Position numbers and translations under genes: made by a program | The notes under the pieces: generated by a model | The model's database searches: none | What the model was told of the DNA's origin: nothing | What the model saw: the letters and a program-made list of their open reading frames with translations, nothing else | Origin: Squalus acanthias | Lineage: Eukaryota | Direction of reading: 5' to 3' | DNA length: 64,000 nt | NCBI GenBank assembly: GCA_030390025.1 | Contig: JASTWF010000148.1 | Location: 1 to 64,000, forward strand | Shown here: in pieces, positions 13,386 to 25,456 of the stretch | Layout: each line of letters opens with the position of its first letter | Numbering within the stretch: position 1 is the stretch's first letter

Positions 13386-14914
13386 AGATGAAAAGTCTGT
13401 GTGTCAGTAGGTCCCAACCTCTCAGAATATTTTCCACTGTTTGTGTTCTCTGATGTGTCAGATATTCCTCAAGCTCTGGGAATCATTCCCAGGGTTTGTG
13501 CTCTCTGGTGTGTCAGATATTCCCCAGCCTCTGGGAACCATTCCCAGGGTTATCAAGTGATTTGAAATGAACCTCCATATAACCAATGGGGTTGTGTTTT
13601 AGCAGTATGTGTATATTATTGTTGGGCAGGTTTGTGTACAAACAGGTTCCATTCATAATAGGTGGGTTGTAGTTGGCTTTCTATCTCTGATCAGCGGGCT
13701 GGAAACAGCTCGTTGATTTTTCTGCACAGAACCAGCAGATGTTTCCTGTAAGTTACATTGTGAGTTCTCGCCCCTCCCTGAGGGGGAAATGATTGATTTC
13801 TCTCACAAACGGTGTGGGAGAGATATGGACTGAGTGTGGGTGGGAGCAAAGTGGAATTTAACTCTTCAACTACTGAATGATTAGACAACGTCCATCGAAA
13901 ATATATTTCTTATGGCATGACCATAAAAATATGACGTTTCGTGTATGACATGTGCAGAACTGAATACAATGCGATTAGAGCAATGAAAGCGTTTGAGACA
14001 TTCATCAATAAATGACAATTCTCCTCTAATTGAAGGCGACGTTGTATTACAATCCTGCAGAAGGCAAGGGAAGCTGTGCTGGAATCACATAAACAAAGAC
14101 AGGCACAGATATAAAGAACCGATACAACAGTTCTTGGTTCCATTGGTAATTTTGTCCTTGACCCCATGACCTGCAGTCTGCCGATTTATTGTCCCAGTGA
14201 TGGAGCCTCTGACCGGGAATTCTAGTTACTCACTGAGCTTTTGGTCTAATTGTCATTGACAGCCTTTATATTTTAAAATGAAACACGCTCCGGTCCAGCT
14301 GTGAGAGACGTGCATTTGGCATCAGAACAGCTGGCCACAGCTGGGTTAAGGTCAGCACTGAATCAAACCGCACGATGGTGACACTCAATTAAAGCATTTA
14401 ATTTAATGAGTTTCCTTTCCTGGTGCAAATTAAAAATGTTACCTAAAACTAATAATATCCCAAATCTATTGCTGTAATTGTTCCTTTAATCGGTTCACAC
14501 TGGTAGATACTGTTTAATCTGCAGTGTTGAAGACATTTCCATGGTCGGTGGGACAGTAATGTAACTGCGGTTAGAAAGGCAGGCAGCGAGATTGAATTCT
14601 CACCCAGACAGCTTGGGGCGGACCGTGCGGTCTCCTCACACCCACACAGATCGGTGTAGATCTTAACTTTTACAACTTAGAATTGTTCAGAGTGAAATAA
14701 AGTGACAGTCTTCACACAGGTGAACTGAGATCCAGTGCCCGATTGAGGCAGGGATGATTGTATTAGGTGCGGAGCTGCGCAGACGCGATGGATGCAATCT
14801 GACAACATGTGACGTTATTCCCAAACTTCGCTTTCCCTCCTGTAGAACCGGGACAAATATCAACTCTTGTGTCCTTTTCCCTTCCATCCCACATGCAGTT
14901 GCCGATCGGAAAAA

Positions 14915-15190
14915 GAAAGACTTGCATTTTTCCAGCGCCTGTCTCGACATCAGGATACCCCAAAGCGCTTCACAGCCAATGATGTATTTTGAAATGTAAT
15001 CACTGTTATAACCTCGGGAAACGCGGCAACCAATTTGCGCACAGCACGATCCAACTAACAGCAATGTGATAAATGACCAAATAATCAGTTTTAGTGATGT
15101 TGGTTGAAGGATAAACATTGGCCAAACACCGGGGAGAATTCCCCCGCTCTTGGAAATAATGTCATGGGATCTTTTACGTCCACCTGGGAG
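14915..15190 (-). mobile_element. SINE body (Deu/SacSINE1-like)
   Basis: GACTTGCATTT...CAATTTGCGCACAGCA...GGGATCTTTTACGTCCACCTG; related pieces at 53.3-53.5 and 63.2 kb. Confidence 0.6.
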
Positions 15191-15493
15191 GAATTGGACA
15201 TTGAGTAAATGTGGGCTGTTTGTGGGGAATGTAAATCCTCACAGTGATTCAATTTTATACTAAATATGTTTTGGTTCGACCGTATATAATCCCCAACAGT
15301 AAATCGGCGATCAAAGTCAAGGTAATTTTGGGGAATGGACACAGAACACGGATTATTAATGGTTAATTATATTTTACACAGCTGGACTCAGACAGGAAAC
15401 AGAGGAGGAGTCAGGCTGCTGCTGGGGGAGGCGTGTAACTCCCAGTCCCCAGCTCACCCTCTCTCTCTCACACACACACAGGGCTCCAGCCAG

Positions 15494-15501
15494 TTTAAAT
15501 A
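15494..15501 (+). promoter_or_regulatory. TATA-like element of the IgH V promoter
   Basis: TTTAAATA about 95 nt upstream of the leader ATG. Confidence 0.5.
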
Positions 15502-15592
15502 GCGGGACGGTTCAGCTCTAAGTTCACAATCAGGAGGCGTTGTTGCGGCGCCGAGACACGTGCCCGAGTCAGTTACACCGAGAGACCGAACG

Positions 15593-15638
15593 ATGGGACT
15601 TGCCCCGTGCCTCTGTTTGTTACTGGTTTGCTTCGCCT
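15593..15638 (+). CDS. IgH leader exon
   Basis: MGLAPCLCLLLVCFA + T, then GTGAGT donor (phase 1); 120-nt intron ending GACAG. Confidence 0.92.
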
Positions 15639-15758
15639 GTGAGTATTCCTCGCTGCTTTAGTGACACAATAGAAGACAGCTTCAGATATTGTGTTTTACT
15701 TCTATTCATTGATGTGAATGTTATCCAATGTAATTTAATTTTTTTCATTCGCTGACAG

Positions 15759-16118
15759 ATGTCCGGTCCGATATCGTGCTGACCCAGTCGGCTTCTGCGT
15801 CGAAGAAGTCCGGAGAATCTCACAAATTGTCCTGTTCAGTGAGCGGGTTCAATCTGGACAGCTACCACATCCACTGGATTAAACAAGTTTCCGGGAAGGG
15901 GCTGGAGTGGCTGCTTGCTTCCAGAAAGCCGTCGGAAACCAAACTTTACGCGCTTGGAGTCGAAGGTCGGATCATCCCTTCAAAAGGCTCTTCCGCAACC
16001 TATATCGAGATCAATGATCTGAGAATCGAAGACACCGCCATGTATTACTGTGCAAGAACAGTTACTGGGTGGGCCATGGACTTCTGGGGACAAGGCACCA
16101 TGGTGACGGTGACTGGAG
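15759..16118 (+). CDS. Pre-joined IgH V-D-J exon, in frame
   Basis: DIVLTQ...LSC...WIKQ...GLEWL...EDTAMYYCAR-TVTGWAMDF-WGQGTMVTVTG then GTAAG donor; no heptamer or nonamer between V and J. Confidence 0.95.
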
Positions 16119-19100
16119 GTAAGAAACATTCACTCTTTCAGTAACTGTTGTATTTGTGTCTTTGTTTTATATTTCTGTTTATTTCAATAATTCATTCATT
16201 CACTGAAACTTGGGTTCGGTGGAGTCTGTATTGAGATTTTTTGCAATGTTTCATTTGATTCTGCTGCAAAGGAATAATAGATTTAAACAGTTTCTTCAGA
16301 AAAAAATTGTTTTTGAGGGATTGAGCCCCCTATTGATGTGATTTGGTGTTTATCTGCTAAGGCGACTGTGTGTCTGAGTTACTTTAAATACCCAACGGCT
16401 GTTGAACTGTTTTGCGTTTCTACAATGTTTAATCTCGGTGACATCCAATGGTTGCAGGTTTTCTGACCAAATTTAGACATTGTGTTTAAATGTGTTTGAA
16501 ATAAGATTGTAGGCAAAAAACAGAAAGCTTTAGTGCTCAATAAAAACCTTAAGATATTTAATGTATTTTTGTTTCTGATATTTACATTGTCATCTATTAA
16601 TCTAATGTTCACCAACTAATTTTCAATACAATGTTACTGTAATTAATAACTAAATAATTAACAATTGTTAGCCTGAATCAGTTTAAGTTAAATTCAATTA
16701 AATCATTATAATGTAGTAATATCACCCAATATTACAACAATATGCTATATTAATATTAATTTATTAAGCATATTCAAAATTCTGCTGTCATTATTTTATA
16801 TTTTTGTTTATTTCAATAATTAATTCGTTCAGTGATAGATGGGTTCGCGGGGTTCTGTATTGAGATTTTTTTGCAATGTTACATTTGATTCTGCTGAAAG
16901 GGTTTATAGATTGAAGCTGCTTCTCCGGAAAGCGCTCTGTTGCGGGATTGAGCCCCTCAGTGATGTGATTTGCTGTTTATCTGCTGAGGAGAGTGTGTGC
17001 CTGGGTTACTTTGAATAACTAAAGTTTGTGAAACTGTTTGGCGTTTCTGCAATGTTTAATCTCGGTGACATCGAACTGCTGCAGGTTTTCTGATCTGTTT
17101 AAAACTGTTTGAAAGTTGATTGTAGGCAGACAACAAGTAGGTTTTATAAATCAAAAAGCATTTTAAAATAATTTAAAGCATGTTTTTATTTAAGTGAGAA
17201 TTACAGATTCAACTATTAATCTATGGTTTACGGTGCTCACATTTAATAGGTGAAATGTTACTGAAATTACGAATTATATAATTAACAATTTGTAGGTTGA
17301 AGGAGAGTTAAATTAATATAACTCAAACGATTAGAATGCGGTAATTTCGCCCAATATCACTCAATATGCTGTAGTAATAATATTAATGCATTAAACATTA
17401 TTCACCTTCCACAATTCTGCTGTGCACTGGTCACAATTAACGTGAGCGGAGAATTTTAGAGGCTGGAGACAATTTCTGATTATGTCTGAAATTATTTTAA
17501 TAAAAGCAGACTGATTCCACCGCAGTGTTCAGTTTAATGAGGGGTTTGAAATTAATTGTTATCTCCCTGTTTTACACAGATGAATGACAGATTGTATTTA
17601 ATTATGCATTAAATGCGAGTATAAATTGCAGTTTATAAATGTAATAAATCTGCCGGGTTATTAAATTCTTACTGTGCAGCGGAAACCATGTTATTCCTTC
17701 AATATTATTTGTTGTTTGATAGCGAGACAATAATCACTAAACTAATCTTAAACAGTTTGTAAGATCTCAGGCTGAGCGGTCGCTGACAGTCAAAGAGTTG
17801 TTCATATAATTCTATTTAAATTCAAGGAAGGTGCAGACTGCGTAAGGCTGGAGACAGACAAATAACCCATTGACATCCAAGCAGATGACTTTAATTACAA
17901 AAGGTTAATATTAGTTTTGAATTTAATAACAACATCGTGTCTCCCATTGCTGAGCTGTATACGGGATAGAATTATAGACAGTGAACAGATTACATCTGAG
18001 AGTTATATTTAATTCTCATTAATGTTAAATTGATCAACAAAATCTCTCCTCCATTTGCTCATTAAATTACAGTGCCGCAGATGGTCTGATTGATTAGCTC
18101 TCCGCCAGTTTTACACTGATCATTTTGGAACTGATTTTCAATGAATAGCGGAATATATTTAATAATTAATTTACGGGCATTGTGCGAATTACGGGAGTAA
18201 AGTATAAAAAAATTGTTTGTGTTATTCAAATAGCGGAGGTTCTGTTACTGACTGCAAACTGGCCGGTTGTCTTTTAATTCACGAAAATAGTATTTGTAGT
18301 TAAGATTGAGGACAATGTTTAAACTCGAGAGCCCTGCTTTAGTAAACACACGGTGTTACACTCAATCGGTAGTTAGTGAGCTGTGACCACGGCCAGACTT
18401 TGAACTATTTAAAATAGTCCACTCCTAAATCCATCATGTGAAATCCACTCTGAGAAAAGATGGAGTTTATGTTGTATCAGAGAGTTGAGAAACATGCAGA
18501 GTTTACAAGTGTGCAGATAAAGAGCAGGAATGTATTAGAAGTTAGTGACCATTTTAACTTACTCAAAAGTGATTTGATTTAAATAAAAATAATATATTTG
18601 TCTGAATGTCTTTAATCTATTAATATGATTTTTAATATTTTAATATTGATAAGTGTCATGTTAATTTAATTGAAACCCTATAAGTTCACAAGTTACCAGG
18701 CAGAAACAGGATTAAAATTAATATCAACTAATTTTAATATAGTGCAGCTAACAACAATATTAACTTAGGATATAATATGAGTGCGAATTTATTAAACATA
18801 AATGATCTCCCAGAATTGCATTGTATACTGGACAGGATTACAGTTACTTCAAAATCTCAAGGGTTGGAGAGAATTTTAAATTATGTCTAAAATTAATTTA
18901 GAAACAATACATGTCTTACTCAGCTGTGCTCAGCTCGAGAAGGTGTCGCCGCAGATTTTAATGAATTAACTTCGTGTTTTGCCTCGATGATTTTACCGGT
19001 TATAATTAATTATGAAATTATATTTACCCAGTGGTTCCTAGTTCGTTAAATTCTTACTCTGTCACGGAGTTCCTGTTATATGGAGCAAATTGCCCTGTAA

Positions 19101-19579
19101 TGTGAATTATTTCAGTAAACTCGTTTTCAGGGAAGCTAAATCTTATTTGTTTGTAAGATTGTAGACAGAGAGGGAGAAATGATTGGAAGTCGAAGAACTT
19201 TTTCAAATTAATATCAGTTTAATTTCAGAAAACGTTCAGACTTGAGGTGGTCGGAAATTGACAAGGGATCAATTAGAAATCAGATATATTGAAATTGACT
19301 GATTGAACAGATCTATCTGCTGAGAGCACGATTGTTGCACCGTTTGTATCTGTTCTGTTTCTGTGCGCCTGCTCACTGTGTGAGAATCAGGAGTCCGCCT
19401 GACTGCTTGTAAACCTGCTGGTTTGTTCTCTTGTGTTTCATGGAGTACAATTCGACTCAGTTATTTCAGAAGTTTGTATCTGTGAGAAATGCGATAGTTT
19501 GACTTTAAGTTTGAGGAGGCGTCTCAGTAACCCAGTTTGTGACATTCAGAAGGAGCATTTCAGAAACACTTCTGGCAGA

Positions 19580-20620
19580 CTGCAGAAGGAGCTTTAATCA
19601 GTTTCTAACTCGTGCCGTACCTGCCCTGGGAGTGTTTGATGGGACAGTGTAGAAGGAGCTTTAATCAGTTTCTAACTCGTGCTGTACCTGCCCTGGCAGT
19701 GTTTGATAGGACAGTGTGGAGGGAGCTTTACTCTGTGTCCAACCCGTGCTGTACATGCCCCGGGAGTGTTTGATGGGACAGTGTAGAGGGAGCATTACTC
19801 TGTATCTAACCCGTGCTGTACCTGCCCTGGGAGTGTTTGATGGGACAGTGTAGATGGAGCTTTACTCTGTATCTAACCCATGCAGCACCTGCCCTGGGAG
19901 TGTTTGATGGGACAGTTAAGAGGGAGCTTTACTCTGTATCTAACCCGTGCTGTACCTGCCCTGAGCGTGTTTGATGGGAAAGTGTAGAGGAAGCTTTACT
20001 CTCTATCGAACCCGTGCTGAACCTGCCCTGGGAGTGTTTGATGGGACAGTGAACAGGGAGCTTTACTCTGTATCTAACCCGTGCTGTACCTGCCCTGAGC
20101 GTGTTTGATGGGACAGTGTAGAGGGAGCTTTACTCTGTATCTAACCTGTACTGTACCTGCCCTGGGACTGTTTGATGGGACAGTGTAGAGGGAGATTTAT
20201 TCTGTATCTAACCCGTACTGTACCTGCCCTGGGGGTGTTTGATGGGACAGTGTACACGGAGCTTTACTCTGTATCTAACCCGTACTGTACCTGCCCTGGG
20301 ATTGTTTGATGGGACAGTGTAGACGGAGTTTTACTCTGTATCTAACCCGTGCTGTTATGCCCCGTGAATCTTTGATGTTCCAGTGTAGAGTGAGAATTTA
20401 CTCTTTATCTAGCCCGTATTGTACCTGCCCTGGGAGTGTTTGATTTTGCAATGTAGTTGGAGCTTTACTCTCTATTTAACCAGTGCGGTTTTTTACCCGG
20501 AGTGTTTGACAGTGCTGTGCAGACTTGGCGTTGCTCCAAATCATTCCCTTCCTATACCTTTCGGTTCAGCGCATAGCAGGACAGTGCAGAGGGAGCTTTA
20601 CTCTATATTATCTGTACTGT
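19580..20620 (+). repeat. 67-bp minisatellite in the J-C intron
   Basis: Unit GGGAGCTTTACTCTGTATCTAACCCGTGCTGTACCTGCCCTGGGAGTGTTTGATGGGACAGTGTAGA, roughly 15 copies. Confidence 0.92.
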
Positions 20621-21359
20621 AACAGATCTGTGAGTGCTTTGTTCCGTGTTGTTCAAGGAACCTTAATGTGCATCCAACTAATAAAATGTGAGTTCTCCAG
20701 CCAGATATATAAAAATAAAACGTTCCATTGCTCCGATGAAACAACCACGCATTAATTGAGTTTAACCTCATTGCAAATAAAACTGCCCATTTTTTAAATT
20801 AATTATTAAACTTTAAACATTTTGAGCATCAGATAATGATTGAATGAGATTGGCCTGATCCTGAGCTCACTTTCAGAACAAACAGTTTCAGGAAGTGACG
20901 GTAACGCTCCAGAAAGCAGCGCCTGTTCTGATCTGATGGGAGGCTGGAAGTTATTTTGAGAATTTAAATGGAGAATGTCGAGACTCCCGCTCCAAATAAC
21001 CATCCTGGGAACATTATGCATGAAAGAATTATTTCATTCGATTGTTTTTTTAAAAAGGGACCAGGCAGGGACAAACTCGGGTGAGGTGCAGCTATTGGAC
21101 TGGGTCACAGCACAAGGCTCACAGTCACTGAGCCGCACCTCTGCGAAACATTTAAAGAGAAACAGTCAGCCTGCGATGAGTCGTCATTCACAAGACTCTG
21201 TGACGGTATCCGATTGAATCATTTTTGTCAAATTCCTCAGTTCTTTCATTTTAAACATCCTCTTGCATAACAAACAATAAAATAGTTCTGATAGAGGTGC
21301 TCAACATTATGAAGCGTTTCCTTTCTGTTACTCGGGAAGAACTAATTCCGCTGAGCCGT

Positions 21360-22030
21360 GTAGAATCACAGAATCTCAGAGCACAGAAGGGGCCATTCGG
21401 TCCGTCTTGCCTGTGCTGGCTCTAAAGGAGCTGTCCAATCACGTGCCAGCTTTTTCCTCGTAACCCTACAAATGAGTCCTCTTCAAGAACATGTCCAGTT
21501 GCCTCGTGCATTCCAGAACTGAACAACCCTCTGTTTGAAAAGCAATTCTCCTGATGTCCCCTCTAGATATTTTGCCAATTATTTTAAATCAGTGACCTTT
21601 GGTTACCGACCTACTCGCCAGAGGAAACCGCGTCTCCCGCTTTGCTCTGACAAAACCTCTCTCAATTTTGAACACCTCTATTAGGTCTCCCCTTAACCTT
21701 CTCTGCTCCAAAGAACAATCCCAGCTTATCCAATCTCTCCGCATAACTGAAGTCTCTCATCCCTGGTATCCTCCTGGTCAACCTCCTCTGTATCCTCTCC
21801 AAGGCCTTGTCATCCTTCCTAAATTGTGGTGTCAGAATTGAATACACTACTCCATCTGATGCCTAACCAGTGATTGGTAATGGTTTAGCAGGAATTCCTT
21901 GTTTTTGTATTTAATGCCTTTTTTACAATGGCAAGTATCCCACACACTTCCGTAACCGCCTGATCAACTTGCCCTGCCACCTTCACAGATTTGTGAATAA
22001 GCTCCCCAGGTCCCTCTGCTCTTGCATTCC
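21360..22030 (-). mobile_element. CR1 3' fragment
   Basis: ALERIQRRLTRRIPGM...SYAERLDKLGLF. Confidence 0.8.
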
Positions 22031-22873
22031 CCACAAACCAGAAGCCAGAGTTGCCCATATCAGCAGTCAGCACATTAGTTATTGTTTGTCCTTCCTTGCA
22101 TAGAACCCGCTGATATCCAATTGATTTATAATGTTTAAGGATTGTCAATATTAGATATTTAGAGAAGAAACCTGTCGCGATGTTTAGATTATTTTCGGTA
22201 CAAACAGCAACAAGATCTGACTGTAACGACCCAGAAAGCAGCGCCTGTTCTCATTGGTGGGATGTTGGAAAGTAATTTGGAAAATGAAATGGAGCATTTA
22301 AAGAGCATCGTTCCATATAACCGGCTTTGGGAATTATATTTAATTCGGATTATTTAATTGAGTGATTGGGAGGAGGGAAGTCTGGAGACGACAATTCAGT
22401 AGCATGGGATAGAGCACAATGGAGAGATGACAACACTTTGATATCATGGAATGGCCTGATTCTGTGCTGATAATAAGAGGCTGACAGCAAAAGGATGTAG
22501 GGAGGAGTTCAGTGGACAGAATGTGAAATAATCTAATGTGAAAGTGGTTGGGAATGAGGGGAGTGTTCCATAACAGGGGATCAAGAGCTGGAGTAAGTCC
22601 ACGATACAATATTCCAGCATTCACTCGGTATAAAGGGGCCTCGTGGACAGAATGCCCCTTTCAGACTCCTGACTTTTCTTATGTACAAGACTGGAGTCAC
22701 ATGAAGGCGTTTCACGTCGGGTCTCACAATTCACAGAAACTCAAATGCTGATCTAGGTTTTGTTCGGCAAATGATGGAATTAGTTCATCCTGTAGTCACA
22801 TTTCGAGTTGTTTGGTTATGTTATAAGCACGGATTACAGAGTCTAACTTGTTCAATTGGCCATTCTTTCCCAG

Positions 22874-23173
22874 CGACACAGTCTCCTCCCACCCTCTACG
22901 CCCTGCTCTCCTCCTGTGAACAACCCAACACCGGCGGCCCCGTCACGTACGGCTGTTTGGCGATGGACTACTTCCCGGAAATCACCAGCCTTTCCTGGAG
23001 TAAAGATAATGAGCCGATCACCACTGGATTGAAGACCTACCCGTCAGTGTTCAACAAGAAGGGAACCTACACCCTGAGCAGCCAGTTAACCATCACCGAG
23101 TCAGAGGTGGGGAGCAGCACAATCTACTGCCAGGTTCGACGAAGTGGGTCGGACTGGAGCGTCGAAATGCCAG
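22874..23173 (+). CDS. IGHM: IgM CH1 exon, intact
   Basis: [17 protein letters not shown]...[17 protein letters not shown]...KTYPSV...IYCQV; AG/GT flanks; 300 nt. Confidence 0.92.
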
Positions 23174-23194
23174 GTTAGTGTTGTGGGATACAGG

Positions 23195-23835
23195 GGGAAA
23201 CTGTGAAAAGCAGAGAAGTTATGTTCAACTTCTATAAAACATTCTAAAGAGACTTAGAGTAACGTGCACAGGTCTGATCTCCATAATTAGAGTTGGTGTA
23301 CTGTCCATTGTTTTGGTTTCCATATAATAAGAATGATACAGAGGCACTGGAGAAGTGGAAAAAAGATTTACAAGGACGATACCAGAACTGAAAAATTGTA
23401 ACTGTCAAGAATGATTGAACGGGCTTGGGATCTTTTCTCTGGTAAAGAGAAGGCTGAGGGGTGACCGAGTAGAGGTCTTTAAAATCATGAAGGGGATTGA
23501 GAGGTTAGATGTAGAGACAATATTTCTGCTTGAGGAGGAACCCGATACTAGGGATCATAAATATAAGATAATCACTAATAAATCCAATGGGGAATTCAGG
23601 AGAAACTTCTTTACCCAGAGAATGGGTAGAATGTGGAACTCGCCACCACATGGAGTAGTTGAGGCGAACAGCATAGATGCGTTTCAGGGGAATCTAGATA
23701 AGTACAGGAGGGAGAAAGGAATAGAAGGTTATGTTGATGAGGGAGATGAAGTAGGAAGAGAGGAGGCTCATGTGCAGCATAAACACCGACCTGTTGGGCC
23801 GAGTGGCCTGTTTCTGTGTTGTAGATTCTATGTAA
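23195..23835 (+). mobile_element. CR1 3' fragment
   Basis: RRLRGD...RRNFFTQR...WNS. Confidence 0.8.
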
Positions 23836-23905
23836 AAAACCGCTTTACAGTTCTTAATTGTTAGGATTGCAACAAATAATCCCTATAAAGTGTATTTTCT
23901 TGCAG

Positions 23906-24206
23906 ATCGTGTGATACATCATCCAACTGTGATCCTCACCCTGAGTTCCAGTGAAGAAATCATCAGCAGCAGGTCTTCAACCGCCGTGTGTTCAATCATC
24001 GATTTCCGTCCAAAGTCACTGACCGTGAATTGGCTGAAGAATGGATTCGGGTTTCGTCACCTCTCCCGTCTGTGAAGTGAACGGGAAGTTCTCGGCGACC
24101 AGTCGGCTGACATTCCCCGCCGGGGAATGGTTCGCCGGCTCGGTCTATACCTGCCAGGTCTCTCATCAAGGGGCCACCCAAATCCAAAACATCACCAGAT
24201 CTCCGG
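23906..24206 (+). pseudogene. IGHM: IgM CH2 exon with frameshift
   Basis: PTVILT...[19 protein letters not shown] in one frame, MDSGFVTSP...YTCQVSH in another; 301 nt; premature TGA at 24073-24075; splice sites intact. Confidence 0.9.
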
Positions 24207-24264
24207 GTAAGAGACACAATCCCGAGCAGTTCCAGATCATTGTGAGCGCCAATCTCAGTCAGGA

Positions 24265-24875
24265 GTCATAGAGTCATAACGGCACAGAAGGAGGCCATTC
24301 GGCCCATCGAGTCGGTGCCGGCTCTCTGAAGAGCAATCCAGTCAGTCCCATTCCCCCGCTCTTTCCTCCGAGCCCTGCAAGTTTATTTCCCTCAAGTGCC
24401 TATCCGGTCTCCCCTTGAAAACATTGAGTGTCTCCGCTTCCACCACTTTCGTCGGCAACGAATTCCAGGTCCTCACCACTCGCTGCGTAAAAAAGTTTTT
24501 CCTCACATCCCCCCTGTATCTCTTGCACAAAACCTTAAATCTGTGTCCCCTAGTCCTTGTACCATCAACTAGTGGGAACAGCCTTTCCCCGTCTAGCCTG
24601 TCCAAACCCGTCAAAATCTTTTACACCTCTATCAAATCACCCCTCAACCTCCTTTGCTCTAATGAAAACAAATCCAGCTTCTCTAACCTGCACTTTTAGC
24701 TTAGATCCCCCATCCCCGGAACCATTCTGGTAAATCTCCTCTGCACCCTCTCAAAGTCCTTGACATCCTTCCTAAAATGTGGTGACCACAACTGGATGCA
24801 ATACTCCAATTGTGGCCCAACCAGTGCTTTATAAAGTTTCAACATAGCTTCTCTACTTTTGTACTCAATACCTCT
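24265..24875 (-). mobile_element. CR1 3' fragment
   Basis: ORF 24342-24614 (RKNFFTQRVV); same subfamily as 43430-43747. Confidence 0.8.
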
Positions 24876-25029
24876 TGTTTTATTGGACTTTTATTGGAAT
24901 TAGTAAAAAGCACAGATCTATTTCTAATTTCCAATCATAGAGTTTATGTTTCCTTCCGATGTCAGTGCTGACTCAGGGTTCCTCACGGTTCAGGATTCCA
25001 GCACTTCGACAAAGGTTTCCCTCAGCTCT

Positions 25030-25456
25030 GATAGAAACATAGAATCTCGGAGCAGGAGTAGGCCATTCGGCCCGTCGAGCCTGCTCCACCATTCAATACG
25101 ATCATGGCTGATCATCCAAATCCAGTACCCTGTCCCTGCTTTAATCCCCACAGTACACATATCCCACCCTACCCCCGTAACCCCACGTATTTAATTCCCC
25201 CTAACATATCCCATCCTATCCCCATAACCCCACATATTTAATCCCCCCCTAACACTAAGGGTCAATTTATCATAGCCAAATCAACCTAACCCGCACATTT
25301 TTGGACTGTGGGAGGAAACCGGAGCACCCGGAGGAAACCCACGCAGACACGGGGAGAATGTGCAAACTCCACACAGACAGTCACCCGAGGCCGGATTCGA
25401 ACCCGGGTCCCTGGCGCTGTGAGGCACCAGTGCTAACCACTATGCCACCGTGTTGC
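25030..25456 (-). mobile_element. HE1-like V-SINE (tRNA head, V domain, CR1-derived tail)
   Basis: GGACTGTGGGAGGAAACCGGAGCACCCGGAGGAAACCCACGCAGACACGGGGAGAA plus B-box GGTTCGAATCC on the - strand. Confidence 0.85.

Noticed and set aside
15300-15592. Octamer in the VH promoter
   Set aside because: No ATGCAAAT/ATTTGCAT seen; absence is normal for shark VH promoters.
25385-25456. tRNA-like A/B boxes (also 50144-50220 and about 42550)
   Set aside because: SINE heads attached to SINE bodies, not tRNA genes.
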